Of a DNA stretch of 64,000 nucleotides, positions 26,465 through 35,615 are shown piece after piece. Numbering within the stretch: the stretch's first letter is position 1; each line of letters begins with the position of its first letter. Where the stretch lies: assembly GCA_964613235.1 (NCBI GenBank), contig CAZTGM010000001.1:17143-81142 (forward strand), in the 5' to 3' direction. The DNA is from an uncultured Zetaproteobacteria bacterium. GTDB taxonomy: Bacteria; Pseudomonadota; Zetaproteobacteria; Mariprofundales; Mariprofundaceae. The position numbers and the translations under genes were made by a program. The notes under the pieces were generated by a model, which ran no database searches, was not told where the DNA came from, and worked only from the letters and a program-made list of their open reading frames with translations.

Positions 26465-28147
26465 ATGCAGTTTATTCTGATTGCGCTCGCCATGAGTATG
26501 GCAGGCATACAGGCTTATGCTGAGCCCATTGACTCACTTGCCGCAGTCGTTAACAACGAAGCCGTTTCCTGTTATGAAATCAGCGAAGCCGCACAACAGG
26601 CATACAGCCAGATGCAACAGGCTGGTGCCGAACGCCTGCCGGAAAAATCATTGCTGTTCAAACGCATTCTGGATGAAAAAATCACCAAGGTTCTGCAATT
26701 GCAGGAGGCAAAAAAACTGGACATCAAAGTCAGTGCCGATGAAATCGGTAATGCCATTGCCAATGTCGAAGAGCGCAATCATCTTCTGCCGGGGCAATTG
26801 CAGGAAGCGCTGCGCATGCAGGGCATTGACTTTGAAAGCTACAAAAACAAACTCAAAGAACAACTCCTGATCAGCAAACTGGTCAATATTGCAGTGCGTT
26901 CCAAACTACAGGTCAGCACCGAATCCATGCGGGAATACTACCGCAAACATCTGGCCAAACCGAAACCTGTACGCGAAGTCAGGCTGGCCCAGATTTTCCT
27001 TGCCTTACCGCCCGACCCTTCACCGAAGCAGGTTGCCGAAGTACGTGCCAAAGCCCAGGCCATCTATCAACGGCTGAAAAACGGTGAGGATTTCACCCAG
27101 CTTGCGCGCCTGCTTTCCGAATCACCGGACAGCGCCAAGGGCGGCGAGATCGGCTGGTTCTTTTCCGGTGCCATCAACCCGCGCTTTGAACCCGTCATGC
27201 GTCTGCCCGTGCAGGCATTCTCGGAGCCCATTCGTTCGCCATCCGGCTACATCATTATGAAAGTTCTGGAAGAACGCTGGCACCAGCCGGAAAACATGGG
27301 CAAAAGTTATGATGAAGTGCATGCACGTCATATCCTGCTCAAACTCTCGCCATCGGCCAGCGCCGCAGAGGAGGCCATGGTACGTCAACAGGCAGAGCAG
27401 TTGGCGGAAGAGCTGCAGGATGCCGATGATGAAGAATTTGCCACCCGGGCCAGAGAGGTTTCTCAGGGACCCAGTGCACAAAAGGGAGGCGACCTGGGCT
27501 GGTTCAAGCGCGGCCAGATGGTCGCAGCCTTTGAGCAAGCGGCCTTTTCCCTGCCAGCCGGTGCTACCAGCAAACCTGTGCGCACACCTTTCGGCTACCA
27601 TATTATTCGCGTGGTTGAACGGCATCACATTGATCCCAATTCCTTTGAAGCGCATAAAGATCGCATCAATCAATTGTTGCTCAATGCCGAAATGCAGGAT
27701 CAGCTGCCGCGCTGGGTCAACAGCCTGAAAGCCAAGGCGAATATTCGCACGTTCCAGTGCCCGGATGTGTTTCTGTCCATGGATATCCGTTCCGCCGCAG
27801 TGAACCGTCCGTCGACCGAAGTCATGATGTTGCTGGAAGCATGGCGCAAGGCTTGGGAAAATCAGCGTATCGATCAGTATCTGTCCTTTTACAGCAGTCA
27901 TTTTGTGCCGGAAAAACGTTTCGGTTCACGCAGCAACTGGGAGAAACGCAAGCGTGCCCTGATTGGCAATAAAAAATACATCCATATCACGCTGTCCGAC
28001 TTCGAGGTCATCAGCGTCACCGACCAGCGCATCGAATTGCGATTCAAACAGCGTTATGAATCCAACACATTCAAAGATGAGAAGAAAAAATCCATGGTGC
28101 TGGAACGCGAGGGTGATAACTGGAAAATTGTGCGTGAGTTTATTTGA
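26465..28147 (+). CDS. surA: Periplasmic chaperone/PPIase SurA, with an extra roughly 130-aa C-terminal domain
   Basis: It has a signal peptide, a SurA N-domain and two parvulin domains (AKGGEIGWFFSG...SGYIIMKV; QKGGDLGWFKRGQMV...FGYHIIRV). The canonical C-terminal helix ends at ...WVNSLKAKANIRTF. The ORF then continues for about 130 aa. Confidence 0.9.
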   Translation: MQFILIALAMSMAGIQAYAEPIDSLAAVVNNEAVSCYEISEAAQQAYSQMQQAGAERLPEKSLLFKRILDEKITKVLQLQEAKKLDIKVSADEIGNAIANVEERNHLLPGQLQEALRMQGIDFESYKNKLKEQLLISKLVNIAVRSKLQVSTESMREYYRKHLAKPKPVREVRLAQIFLALPPDPSPKQVAEVRAKAQAIYQRLKNGEDFTQLARLLSESPDSAKGGEIGWFFSGAINPRFEPVMRLPVQAFSEPIRSPSGYIIMKVLEERWHQPENMGKSYDEVHARHILLKLSPSASAAEEAMVRQQAEQLAEELQDADDEEFATRAREVSQGPSAQKGGDLGWFKRGQMVAAFEQAAFSLPAGATSKPVRTPFGYHIIRVVERHHIDPNSFEAHKDRINQLLLNAEMQDQLPRWVNSLKAKANIRTFQCPDVFLSMDIRSAAVNRPSTEVMMLLEAWRKAWENQRIDQYLSFYSSHFVPEKRFGSRSNWEKRKRALIGNKKYIHITLSDFEVISVTDQRIELRFKQRYESNTFKDEKKKSMVLEREGDNWKIVREFI

Positions 28148-28167
28148 CCGGAGCTGTCACTAAATCG

Positions 28168-29157
28168 ATGAATAGCATCCTATTAACCGTCGGTGAACCG
28201 GCCGGTATCGGTCCTGACTGTATCCTGCGGGCATGGCAGGATGATGCCAACCTGTTTGATGATGTCATCATCGTTGCACCGGCCTGCTGGCTGAGAACGC
28301 GTGCTGCAGAAATCGGCATTGCCGTTCACATCAGCGAGCATTCCTGTCTGCCATCCCGGGCAGACGGCGATCTGCATTGCTGGAATCCGCTACCGCAACA
28401 TAAAGGCACAACAGTCCTCGCGGGCAAGCCTGCTCCGGCAACAGCGGCTGCCGTCATTGACTGCATCCGTCAGGCAGCGCAAAGCTGCCTGCGCCACGAG
28501 GCTGCGGCCATGGTCACCGCACCGATCGAAAAAGCCGTGCTACGTGATGCAGGCTTCCGTTTTCCGGGACACACCGAATTTCTTGCCGCACTGGCTGGTG
28601 ATGTGCCGTTTGCCATGATGCTGGCCTCCGATCGGTTGCGCATCGCCCTGTTAACCACACATGTTGCACTGCAGGATGCTCCCGCGCTGTTAACAACCGC
28701 AAACAGCCTGCAGGTTATCAGGATCGTGCAACATGATCTGCAAAAGCGATTCGGCATCGACAAACCGCGCCTGGCCCTGTGCGCACTGAATCCACATGCC
28801 GGCGAACAGGGACATTTCGGCGAACAGGAACGTACCATCCTGCAACCTGCCGTTGAGCAGGCCCGACAGGCAGGTATCGATATCGCCGGGCCCATTGCTG
28901 CCGATACCGCTTTCTCGCCAGCCATACGCACGCAATTCGATACCATCATCTGTTGCTATCATGATCAGGGGTTGATTCCGCTGAAAACACTCAGTTTTGG
29001 TGAAGCTGTGAACATTACGCTCGGCCTGCCGTTTATCCGCACCAGCGTCGACCACGGCACAGCACTGGACAAGGTTGGCAGCTCTGAAGTTTCTCACTCC
29101 AGCCTCGCCGCAGCCATCACCATGGCCAGGGACATGGCCGCAAGGCAGACCGCATGA
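28168..29157 (+). CDS. pdxA: 4-hydroxythreonine-4-phosphate dehydrogenase PdxA
   Basis: LTVGEPAGIGPD, GHTEFLA, LNPHAGE and SVDHGTA motifs are present. The ATG is at 28168; the ORF track begins at a TTG at 28144 that overlaps the surA stop. Confidence 0.92.
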   Translation: MNSILLTVGEPAGIGPDCILRAWQDDANLFDDVIIVAPACWLRTRAAEIGIAVHISEHSCLPSRADGDLHCWNPLPQHKGTTVLAGKPAPATAAAVIDCIRQAAQSCLRHEAAAMVTAPIEKAVLRDAGFRFPGHTEFLAALAGDVPFAMMLASDRLRIALLTTHVALQDAPALLTTANSLQVIRIVQHDLQKRFGIDKPRLALCALNPHAGEQGHFGEQERTILQPAVEQARQAGIDIAGPIAADTAFSPAIRTQFDTIICCYHDQGLIPLKTLSFGEAVNITLGLPFIRTSVDHGTALDKVGSSEVSHSSLAAAITMARDMAARQTA

Positions 29158-29723
29158 GCGAGCTGACCGGCAAACTGCTGATCGCCTCACCCTCGCTACA
29201 GGATGTCAATTTCCGACGCAGCGTCGTGCTCGTTTGCCAGCATGATGAAGAAGGTTGCATGGGTCTGATCGTCAATCGTCCCAAACCACTGACCGTGCAT
29301 GAAGTCCTGCATGATCTGGATATTCCCGAATGCGGACCCGATAGAGAGCGAGGCCAGTTACATAGCCGACATGTCTACGATGGCGGTCCGGTGGATGTCA
29401 TTCGCGGATTCATCCTGCACGATGCCTGGCATGTCTACGAATCCACGATGGTGGTCAACGATGAACTCAATCTTACCGCTTCGCGCGATATTCTCGAAGC
29501 CATCGGCCATGGCGAAGGGCCGGAACATTATCTGATGATGCTCGGTTATGCTGGCTGGGGCAAGGGACAACTGGAACATGAGCTGCTGCAAAATGACTGG
29601 CTCATTGCACCGGCTTCCCCGCGCATCCTGTTCCAGGAAAAAGCAGACCATCGCTGGGAATTCGGTATCCGCTGCATGGGTATTGATCCGGCGCACCTTT
29701 CCGATCAGTTTGGTCATGCATGA
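29154..29723 (+). CDS. yqgE: YqgE/AlgH-family (UPF0301) protein
   Basis: GKLLIASPSLQDVNFRRSVVLVCQHDEEGCMGLIVNRP and GYAGWGKGQLEHELLQNDWL are present. Confidence 0.88.
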   Translation: MSELTGKLLIASPSLQDVNFRRSVVLVCQHDEEGCMGLIVNRPKPLTVHEVLHDLDIPECGPDRERGQLHSRHVYDGGPVDVIRGFILHDAWHVYESTMVVNDELNLTASRDILEAIGHGEGPEHYLMMLGYAGWGKGQLEHELLQNDWLIAPASPRILFQEKADHRWEFGIRCMGIDPAHLSDQFGHA

Positions 29724-29736
29724 CAGGAGGTTCCAC

Positions 29737-30288
29737 ATGCAATTCCTGATTGTTTATCATTCCGATTACGGCAGCACCGAAAAGCTGGCGCAGGCCATTG
29801 CCGCTGGTGCGTCGGCGGCAGTCCCCACAGCCGACGTCACCCTGCAACAGGCGCAGCAAACCGACCTCAATGATCTGCTTGCCGCCGACGTGCTGGTTTT
29901 CGGCACACCCGTTCATATGGGCTCGATGTGCTGGCAAATGAAACAACTCATTGATAACAGCGCCAAGTTATGGATGGAAGGCACACTGGAAGGCAAAATC
30001 GGTGCCGCCTTTGTCACCGGCGGCGGTTTCGGCGGTAGCGGCGGTGGTGCGGAGCAAACACTGATCGCCCTGCATTCCAATTTTCTCGAACATGGCATGA
30101 TCACGGTCGGTTTTCCCAAATCACTGCCCGGCTATGCCGATGGTGGCCTGCAATGGGGCGTCTGTGCCCGCACCGGCAATCATGAAGGCATACCTGCCGG
30201 CATCCATGATGCCGCGCTTGTCGCCGGTCGCAGCTATGGCATGCACGTCGCAACCATCGCCAGCACAATACTGGCCGCTAAGGGCTAA
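29737..30288 (+). CDS. Flavodoxin-fold NAD(P)H-dependent oxidoreductase (WrbA-like)
   Basis: MQFLIVYHSDYGSTEKLAQAIAAGA and VLVFGTPVHMGSMCWQMKQLID are present. AGGAGG lies 6 nt upstream of the ATG at 29737. The ORF-track extension from 29548 overlaps yqgE. Confidence 0.75.
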   Translation: MQFLIVYHSDYGSTEKLAQAIAAGASAAVPTADVTLQQAQQTDLNDLLAADVLVFGTPVHMGSMCWQMKQLIDNSAKLWMEGTLEGKIGAAFVTGGGFGGSGGGAEQTLIALHSNFLEHGMITVGFPKSLPGYADGGLQWGVCARTGNHEGIPAGIHDAALVAGRSYGMHVATIASTILAAKG

Positions 30289-30884
30289 CTGCGATTAAAA
30301 AATTCCAGCCAGGCTTGATCCTGCTCCGCCCCTACACGACTCCAGCAGGCATACGGCATGTCGATATTACGCGTCATCGCAATCGGAGCCTGCAGCACAA
30401 TGGCCAGCAGCATGCGCAGGGAACCGGAGTGCGCAATCAGCAACACATGCTGCCCGGCATATTGTTCGATGCATGACTGCCACCATTGCTGCAGTCGCTG
30501 TCGCAGTTCCTCCGGCGATTCACCACCCGGCGGGCGCATGCCACTCGGGTCCCTGCGCCAGCGCTCCAGCATGCCCGGCCATTGTTGCCGAATTTCCGCA
30601 GCAGTTTGGCCTTCCCAATCACCATAATGCATCTCCATGACGCGCGGCTCGATGATGCAGGGAATCTCCCTTACCGCAGCCCATTGCGTCGCTGGATCGG
30701 CACAACGTTGCAAAGGTGAAGTGACAATCACATCAATATCATCACGGACACGTTGCCAGACTCGCTCCATTTGCCGATAACCCTCTGCTGTCAGTGGATC
30801 ATCCACGCAACCGCGATAGCGCACGCCTCCTTCCAGTTCGCCATGTCTGAGCAAATCGACGGTAATCACAAGACCTCCTGCCAT
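30285..30884 (-). CDS. Histidine phosphatase family protein (phosphoglycerate-mutase-like / CobC-like)
   Basis: DLLRHGE (the RHG catalytic motif), SPLQRC and [10 protein letters not shown] are present. The start was chosen at 30884 (MAGGLVITV). The 323-aa ORF-track version would overlap folE on the opposite strand. Confidence 0.8.
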   Translation of the reverse strand: MAGGLVITVDLLRHGELEGGVRYRGCVDDPLTAEGYRQMERVWQRVRDDIDVIVTSPLQRCADPATQWAAVREIPCIIEPRVMEMHYGDWEGQTAAEIRQQWPGMLERWRRDPSGMRPPGGESPEELRQRLQQWWQSCIEQYAGQHVLLIAHSGSLRMLLAIVLQAPIAMTRNIDMPYACWSRVGAEQDQAWLEFFNRS

Positions 30885-30965
30885 ACCAATAGCGCTGCAA
30901 TGGTGTTGCAGACACAAAAATACGCTAAAGTTGCCGCTGAACGAACACAAGGATGGCTGGCCGTG

Positions 30966-31565
30966 ATGAACGATTTTGACCCCAATGACCCATACCATAT
31001 CGAATGCATGCAACATGTACGCGGCTTGCTTGAGTATATCGGAGAGGATCCCGAACGCGAAGGCCTGCAGGAAACACCGGCCCGCGTACTGGCCGCCATG
31101 CAGGAACACTTCGCCGGTTATCGGGAAGACCCGCGCGAACATCTGGAAAAAACCTTCGAGGAAGTCGAAGGCTATGACGAAGTCGTACTGGTCTCGGATA
31201 TCGACGTGCACAGCCATTGCGAACACCATCTGGTACCGTTCGTCGGCAAGGCACATGTGGCCTATATTCCGCGCGACCGCGTGGTCGGCTTATCCAAACT
31301 GGCGCGCGTCGTCGAAGGCTATGCCAAACGACTGCAGGTGCAGGAAAAACTAACCATGCAAATCGCCAACGCCATTGAAGAGGTGCTTGCCCCGAAAGGC
31401 GTGGCTGTCATTATCCAGTGTCAGCATTTCTGCATGTGTCACCGCGGCATCCACAAGCCCAATGCCTGGACCACGACATCCAAACTGACCGGTGCTTTCA
31501 TGAAGAACCCGTCATCCAGACTGGAACTGTTTCAGCTGATCGGCATGGACAAAAACGCGCGCTAG
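30966..31565 (+). CDS. folE: GTP cyclohydrolase I (FolE)
   Basis: [53 protein letters not shown] and CMCHRG are present. Confidence 0.93.
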   Translation: MNDFDPNDPYHIECMQHVRGLLEYIGEDPEREGLQETPARVLAAMQEHFAGYREDPREHLEKTFEEVEGYDEVVLVSDIDVHSHCEHHLVPFVGKAHVAYIPRDRVVGLSKLARVVEGYAKRLQVQEKLTMQIANAIEEVLAPKGVAVIIQCQHFCMCHRGIHKPNAWTTTSKLTGAFMKNPSSRLELFQLIGMDKNAR

Positions 31566-32023
31566 CGCGCCATACAACACTGCTTGCTTTTGCGACCACT
31601 GCCACAGGGACAGCGCTCGTTACGCCCCACTGTTGTGATCTGGCAATCTCCGTCAACGTAATACCAGCGTCCTGCGGCGCGCACAAAACGGCTGCGCTCA
31701 CATAAACGCATGCATTTGCCATGCTCAATAAACGCCGCCTCGAAGTTTACCTCGCCCTGCACATCGTGCGCAGTACCCTGACGCGTGGCCATGATTTTCA
31801 TGCCCAGCCAGCGCACGCCGGGTGACAAAGTCAATGTCGCCGGGCGGGTATCGGCATACCAGCTTTGCAGCAGGTAATCACTGCGACCCAATACATAGGC
31901 CGTATAACGTGAACGCATAAGCGCCTCGGCCGTCTGTGCCGGTGTATCCTCGATATATGGCCGGCAGCAATGATCAAACGACATTTCCGACCCACAGGGA
32001 CAAGCAGTATATGCATCCATCAT
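31562..32023 (-). CDS. ychJ: YchJ-family protein (two SEC-C zinc motifs flanking an NTF2-like core)
   Basis: It has the N-terminal CPCGS....CC motif, [10 protein letters not shown], and the C-terminal SEC-C motif [13 protein letters not shown]. Confidence 0.88.
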   Translation of the reverse strand: MMDAYTACPCGSEMSFDHCCRPYIEDTPAQTAEALMRSRYTAYVLGRSDYLLQSWYADTRPATLTLSPGVRWLGMKIMATRQGTAHDVQGEVNFEAAFIEHGKCMRLCERSRFVRAAGRWYYVDGDCQITTVGRNERCPCGSGRKSKQCCMAR

Positions 32024-32463
32024 GACGAATCAGACCCAATATCCAGCAAAATATGCGATGCAATCTCGTCTTCCGGCACATCAACTTCGCTGACGCAGGC
32101 ATGACGCATGGAAATGCCAGCAGCATGCACCGATTCCGCATCACCGGAACGCAACGGATGCCAGACCGGCAACGGTTTACCCTCGAAACGCAGACGATAG
32201 GCACAGCTTACAGGTAGCCAGGCAAACTGTTCAGCCGTAAAAGTCCGAATGCGCATGCAACCGGGCACTTCCTGCGCACGGCGGGCATAATTTGTACAAC
32301 GGCACGTCTGTGCATCGAACAGACGACAGGCCACGTCCGTATAAAACATCTCGCCACTGTCCTCGTCCTGAAACTTGTGCATACAGCACAGACCACAGCC
32401 GTCACACAGCAATTCCCATTGCTGATCATCCAGATCCGCCAGCGGCTGCTGCCAGAATGTCAT
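32020..32463 (-). CDS. ycgN: YcgN/UPF0260 cysteine-cluster protein (YkgJ-like)
   Basis: MTFWQQPLADLDDQQWELLCDGCGLCCMHKFQDEDSGEMFYTDVACRLFD..TCRCTNY is present. GGAG lies 8 nt upstream of the ATG at 32463. There is an ATGA overlap with ychJ. Confidence 0.85.
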   Translation of the reverse strand: MTFWQQPLADLDDQQWELLCDGCGLCCMHKFQDEDSGEMFYTDVACRLFDAQTCRCTNYARRAQEVPGCMRIRTFTAEQFAWLPVSCAYRLRFEGKPLPVWHPLRSGDAESVHAAGISMRHACVSEVDVPEDEIASHILLDIGSDSS

Positions 32464-32485
32464 GGTAATACTCCGACCATGCACA

Positions 32486-32685
32486 TCAGAGCATCTTATC
32501 ATAGATGCGCATTTCACGTCTGTAGCCCCGCTCCTCTTCTTCATGGCGATCGAGCATGACCAGCTGTTCAGGGGAAATGGCGAAAATCACTCCCTGCACC
32601 TGATCACAGACATCCATCGTTTGCCAGGCAACGCGCTGCTGCAGGACATATTCGGACCATAGGCAAAATACAGCGATTCCGACAT
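32486..32685 (-). pseudogene. Degraded gamma-glutamylcyclotransferase-like (AIG2_2/GGCT-like) gene remnant
   Basis: This is not in the ORF track because each piece is shorter than 60 aa. An ATG at 32685, 3 nt after the uup stop, gives MSESLYFAYGPNMS (the YFAYGSNM family motif) and hits a stop after 32 codons. A second frame reads ...VLQQRVAWQTMDVCDQVQGVIFAISPEQLVMLDRHEEEERGYRREMRIYDKML*, the V.GV...I....L..LD..E...Y.R family C-terminus. The total span of 200 nt is not a multiple of 3, and the middle of the domain is missing. Confidence 0.5.
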
Positions 32686-32688
32686 TGT

Positions 32689-34611
32689 TCAGTTTCCGCC
32701 AGCCAATATTTCGCGTTTTTCTTCCAGTGTCTGCCAGCGTTCATAGGCAGAGGCAAGCTGCGTTTCCAGTTCGGCCAGACGCTGCTGATCATGCAGGAAA
32801 GCTTCGGCATTCGTCGTGAAATAGTCAGGTGCACAAAACCGCGTCTCAATCTCCGCCTTTTCCGCTTCCATCTGCTCAATTGCAGCCGGAAGGGCATCCA
32901 GTTCCCGCTGTTCATGGTAGGATAATTTAAACTGTTTTTTTGCTATTTTCGCATGCGCTACACCTTCACGCAACCGTTTTACGATCGTTTGCTCCGCCTG
33001 TTGTTCCTGCTGGCGCTCCTTCCAGGCCTGATAATCGGAATAGCCGCCCTCAATGGGCACAATCAGGCCGTCGCCTTCAAAGGCCAGCACGCGCGAAGCC
33101 ACACGATCCATAAACGCCCGGTCATGACTGACCAGAATGACCGTACCCTCATAGCGCGCCAGCGCCTGCTCCAGCACCACCAGCGTACCAATATCCAGGT
33201 CGTTGGTCGGTTCATCAAGCACCAGCAAATTGGCCGGCTCCAGCAACAGTTTGGCCAGCATCAAACGCCCGCGCTCACCACCGGAGAGGGCCGCCACCCG
33301 GCTGTTCATACGCTCCTTGTCAAACAGAAAATCCTGCATATAAGACACAACATGACGCGGCTCATGGCCGCCGATATGCACATAATTGCCGCCATCGGGC
33401 AACAAGATATCCTTCAGTTTTGCCTGCGGGTTCAGTTCCCGCATCTGCGTCAGAAATGCCGGTGCCAGACGCACGCCGTGGCGTACCCTACCCTCGGCCG
33501 GTTTCATCTCTCCCAGCAGAATGCGCAATAACGTCGTTTTGCCAATGCCGTTGGGACCAATCAGCCCCACCCGATCACCGGCCATGATCTTGTGACTGAA
33601 ATGGCGTACAATCGAAATATCGCCGAAATGATGCGAAATATCGATGGCCTCCATGTGCATCTTGCCCGGCTTGATGCCACAGGCCACGCGCAAATCCACA
33701 CTGCCTCCACGCAAACGTCTGGCCGCGCGCTGTTTGCGCAGTTCTTCCAGCGCCCGCACACGGCCCTCATTTCGCCTGCGCCGGGCCGGAATCCCCTTGC
33801 GAATCCAGCGTTCCTCGCCGGCAAGCAGTTTGTCGAACTTGCGATGCTGCGTGCTTTCCAGCGCCAGCATCTCGGCCTTTTTCTCCAGATATTCGGCATA
33901 ATTGCAGACAAAGTGCGTCAGACGGCCGCGATCAAGTTCAACGATTTCTTCCGCGACGGCATCGAGAAAATAACGGTCATGGGTAATAAATACGACTGCA
34001 CCCGGGAAATCGGCCACGAAATCTTCCAGCCATTCAATCGAGGCAATATCCAGATGATTGGTCGGCTCATCGAGCAGTAACACATCCGGTTCTGCCACCA
34101 CGCTACGCGCCAGCGCCACGCGCCGCAGCCAGCCACCGGAGAGTTCACCGACATCACGGTCGGCTTCCAGCTTCAGCCGCGAAATCGCTGATTCGATACG
34201 ATTGTTCAGCTGCCATGCACCGACGCGCTCCAGTTCAGCCTGCAATGCATCCACCCGCTGCAACTGTCGCTCATGCTGACTTGCCTCCAGTTGCTGCAGG
34301 GCATCGTGATAGCTTTCAAGCAAACCGGCAATCTCACCCAGGCCTTCGGCAACCACATGAAACACCGTCCGACCGGCCTCGAAGTGCGGATCCTGCGGCA
34401 AATAGGCCACGCGCATGCCCTTGCGCAGCGTCACTTCACCGGCATCCGGGGCCATCAGGCCGGACATGATTTTGAGTAACGTCGATTTGCCCTCCCCGTT
34501 CCGGCCGATCAAGCCGATGCGCACACCGCGCTGTACACTCAGGGAAACATCATCAAGCAGCACCTGCGGGCCGAATGCCTTGTGCAAGTGATTCAGGGTC
34601 ATCAATGGCAT
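32689..34611 (-). CDS. uup: ABC-F family ATPase Uup
   Basis: Two ABC cassettes are present (GRNGEGKST...LSGGWLRRVALA...LLLDEPTNHLD; GPNGIGKTT...LSGGERGRLMLA...LVLDEPTNDLD), followed by a C-terminal coiled coil. Confidence 0.92.
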   Translation of the reverse strand: MPLMTLNHLHKAFGPQVLLDDVSLSVQRGVRIGLIGRNGEGKSTLLKIMSGLMAPDAGEVTLRKGMRVAYLPQDPHFEAGRTVFHVVAEGLGEIAGLLESYHDALQQLEASQHERQLQRVDALQAELERVGAWQLNNRIESAISRLKLEADRDVGELSGGWLRRVALARSVVAEPDVLLLDEPTNHLDIASIEWLEDFVADFPGAVVFITHDRYFLDAVAEEIVELDRGRLTHFVCNYAEYLEKKAEMLALESTQHRKFDKLLAGEERWIRKGIPARRRRNEGRVRALEELRKQRAARRLRGGSVDLRVACGIKPGKMHMEAIDISHHFGDISIVRHFSHKIMAGDRVGLIGPNGIGKTTLLRILLGEMKPAEGRVRHGVRLAPAFLTQMRELNPQAKLKDILLPDGGNYVHIGGHEPRHVVSYMQDFLFDKERMNSRVAALSGGERGRLMLAKLLLEPANLLVLDEPTNDLDIGTLVVLEQALARYEGTVILVSHDRAFMDRVASRVLAFEGDGLIVPIEGGYSDYQAWKERQQEQQAEQTIVKRLREGVAHAKIAKKQFKLSYHEQRELDALPAAIEQMEAEKAEIETRFCAPDYFTTNAEAFLHDQQRLAELETQLASAYERWQTLEEKREILAGGN

Positions 34612-34656
34612 GGCGTCATGCTACGCCACTTGTCATGAAGTGACAGCCACGAAAGT

Positions 34657-35553
34657 TTATGTGTCGTCTTTCTCCGGCAACAGTCCCTGCACGAAATCCT
34701 GGCCATCGAACGGCATCAGATCTTCCAGCGTCTCGCCCACACCGACATAGCGAATCGGCAGGCTGAAACGCGAACTTAATTGCAGCACAATGCCGCCCTT
34801 GGCCGTGCCATCCAGCTTGGTCACGATCAATCCGGTCGTACCGGCCACCTCACGAAACTTTTCCACCTGCGTGATAGCATTCTGGCCAGTACCGCCATCA
34901 ACCACCTGCCAGACTTCATGGGGTGCATCGATGCAAGCCTTGCCGATAACGCGGCGTACCTTGGCCAGTTCATCCATCAGACCACGATCGGTCTGTACAC
35001 GTCCGGCGGTATCCACAATAACCACATCGTAATCGCGAGCCATGCCGCGCTGCACGGTATCGAATGCCACGGCTGCAGGATCAGCACCGGCATGCTGCCG
35101 CACCAGATCGGCACCGGCCCGTTCCACCCATACGGCCAGCTGATCCACTGCTGCAGCGCGGAAAGTATCGGCCGCACCGACCACAACCCGTTTGCCCTGT
35201 TGGCGATACATCGTCGCCAGCTTGCCAATCGTTGTCGTTTTGCCGGTACCATTCACACCGACCACCAGCAGTACGAACGGCACCTGTTCCGGTGCATGCA
35301 CAGGCGCCTCTGCCGGCAACATGGCCAGCATCGCCTCACGCAATGCGTCAACGGCATCGAGCTTCGACCTCTTTGCCCTGGCAATTAGTTCGCCGGCCAA
35401 CACCGGACCGCAATCAGCCATCACCAGGCTGTCTTCAATATCCATCCATTCGCTTTCCGAAAGCTGTTCAGCCTTGCCGCCCGGAATCAGTTGTGCCAGC
35501 CCTTCGCGACTTTTGCTCAAACCTTTTTTCAGGCGCTGAAAAAACGAACTCAT
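34657..35553 (-). CDS. ftsY: Signal recognition particle receptor FtsY (short form without an acidic A domain)
   Basis: MSSFFQRLKKGLSKSRE, the NG-domain motifs VGVNGTGKTTTIGKLA, DTAGR and TKLDGTAKGG are present. Confidence 0.93.
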   Translation of the reverse strand: MSSFFQRLKKGLSKSREGLAQLIPGGKAEQLSESEWMDIEDSLVMADCGPVLAGELIARAKRSKLDAVDALREAMLAMLPAEAPVHAPEQVPFVLLVVGVNGTGKTTTIGKLATMYRQQGKRVVVGAADTFRAAAVDQLAVWVERAGADLVRQHAGADPAAVAFDTVQRGMARDYDVVIVDTAGRVQTDRGLMDELAKVRRVIGKACIDAPHEVWQVVDGGTGQNAITQVEKFREVAGTTGLIVTKLDGTAKGGIVLQLSSRFSLPIRYVGVGETLEDLMPFDGQDFVQGLLPEKDDT

Positions 35554-35615
35554 GATTCAACCGTCCTCATATCCATACTCCGACGACCAAGGCTGCAGCC
35601 TTCCGAAGCTACTGT

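Noticed and set aside
30285-31256. The 323-aa version of the histidine phosphatase ORF. Similar over-long ORF-track starts occur for ugd (to 13097), the UDG gene (to 43395), ycgN (to 32544), ispH (from 58769), yggT, clpP, clpX, ispD and ispF.
   Set aside because: The extensions overlap neighbouring well-supported genes and lack homology-like sequence. Internal starts with Shine-Dalgarno motifs give canonical N-termini.
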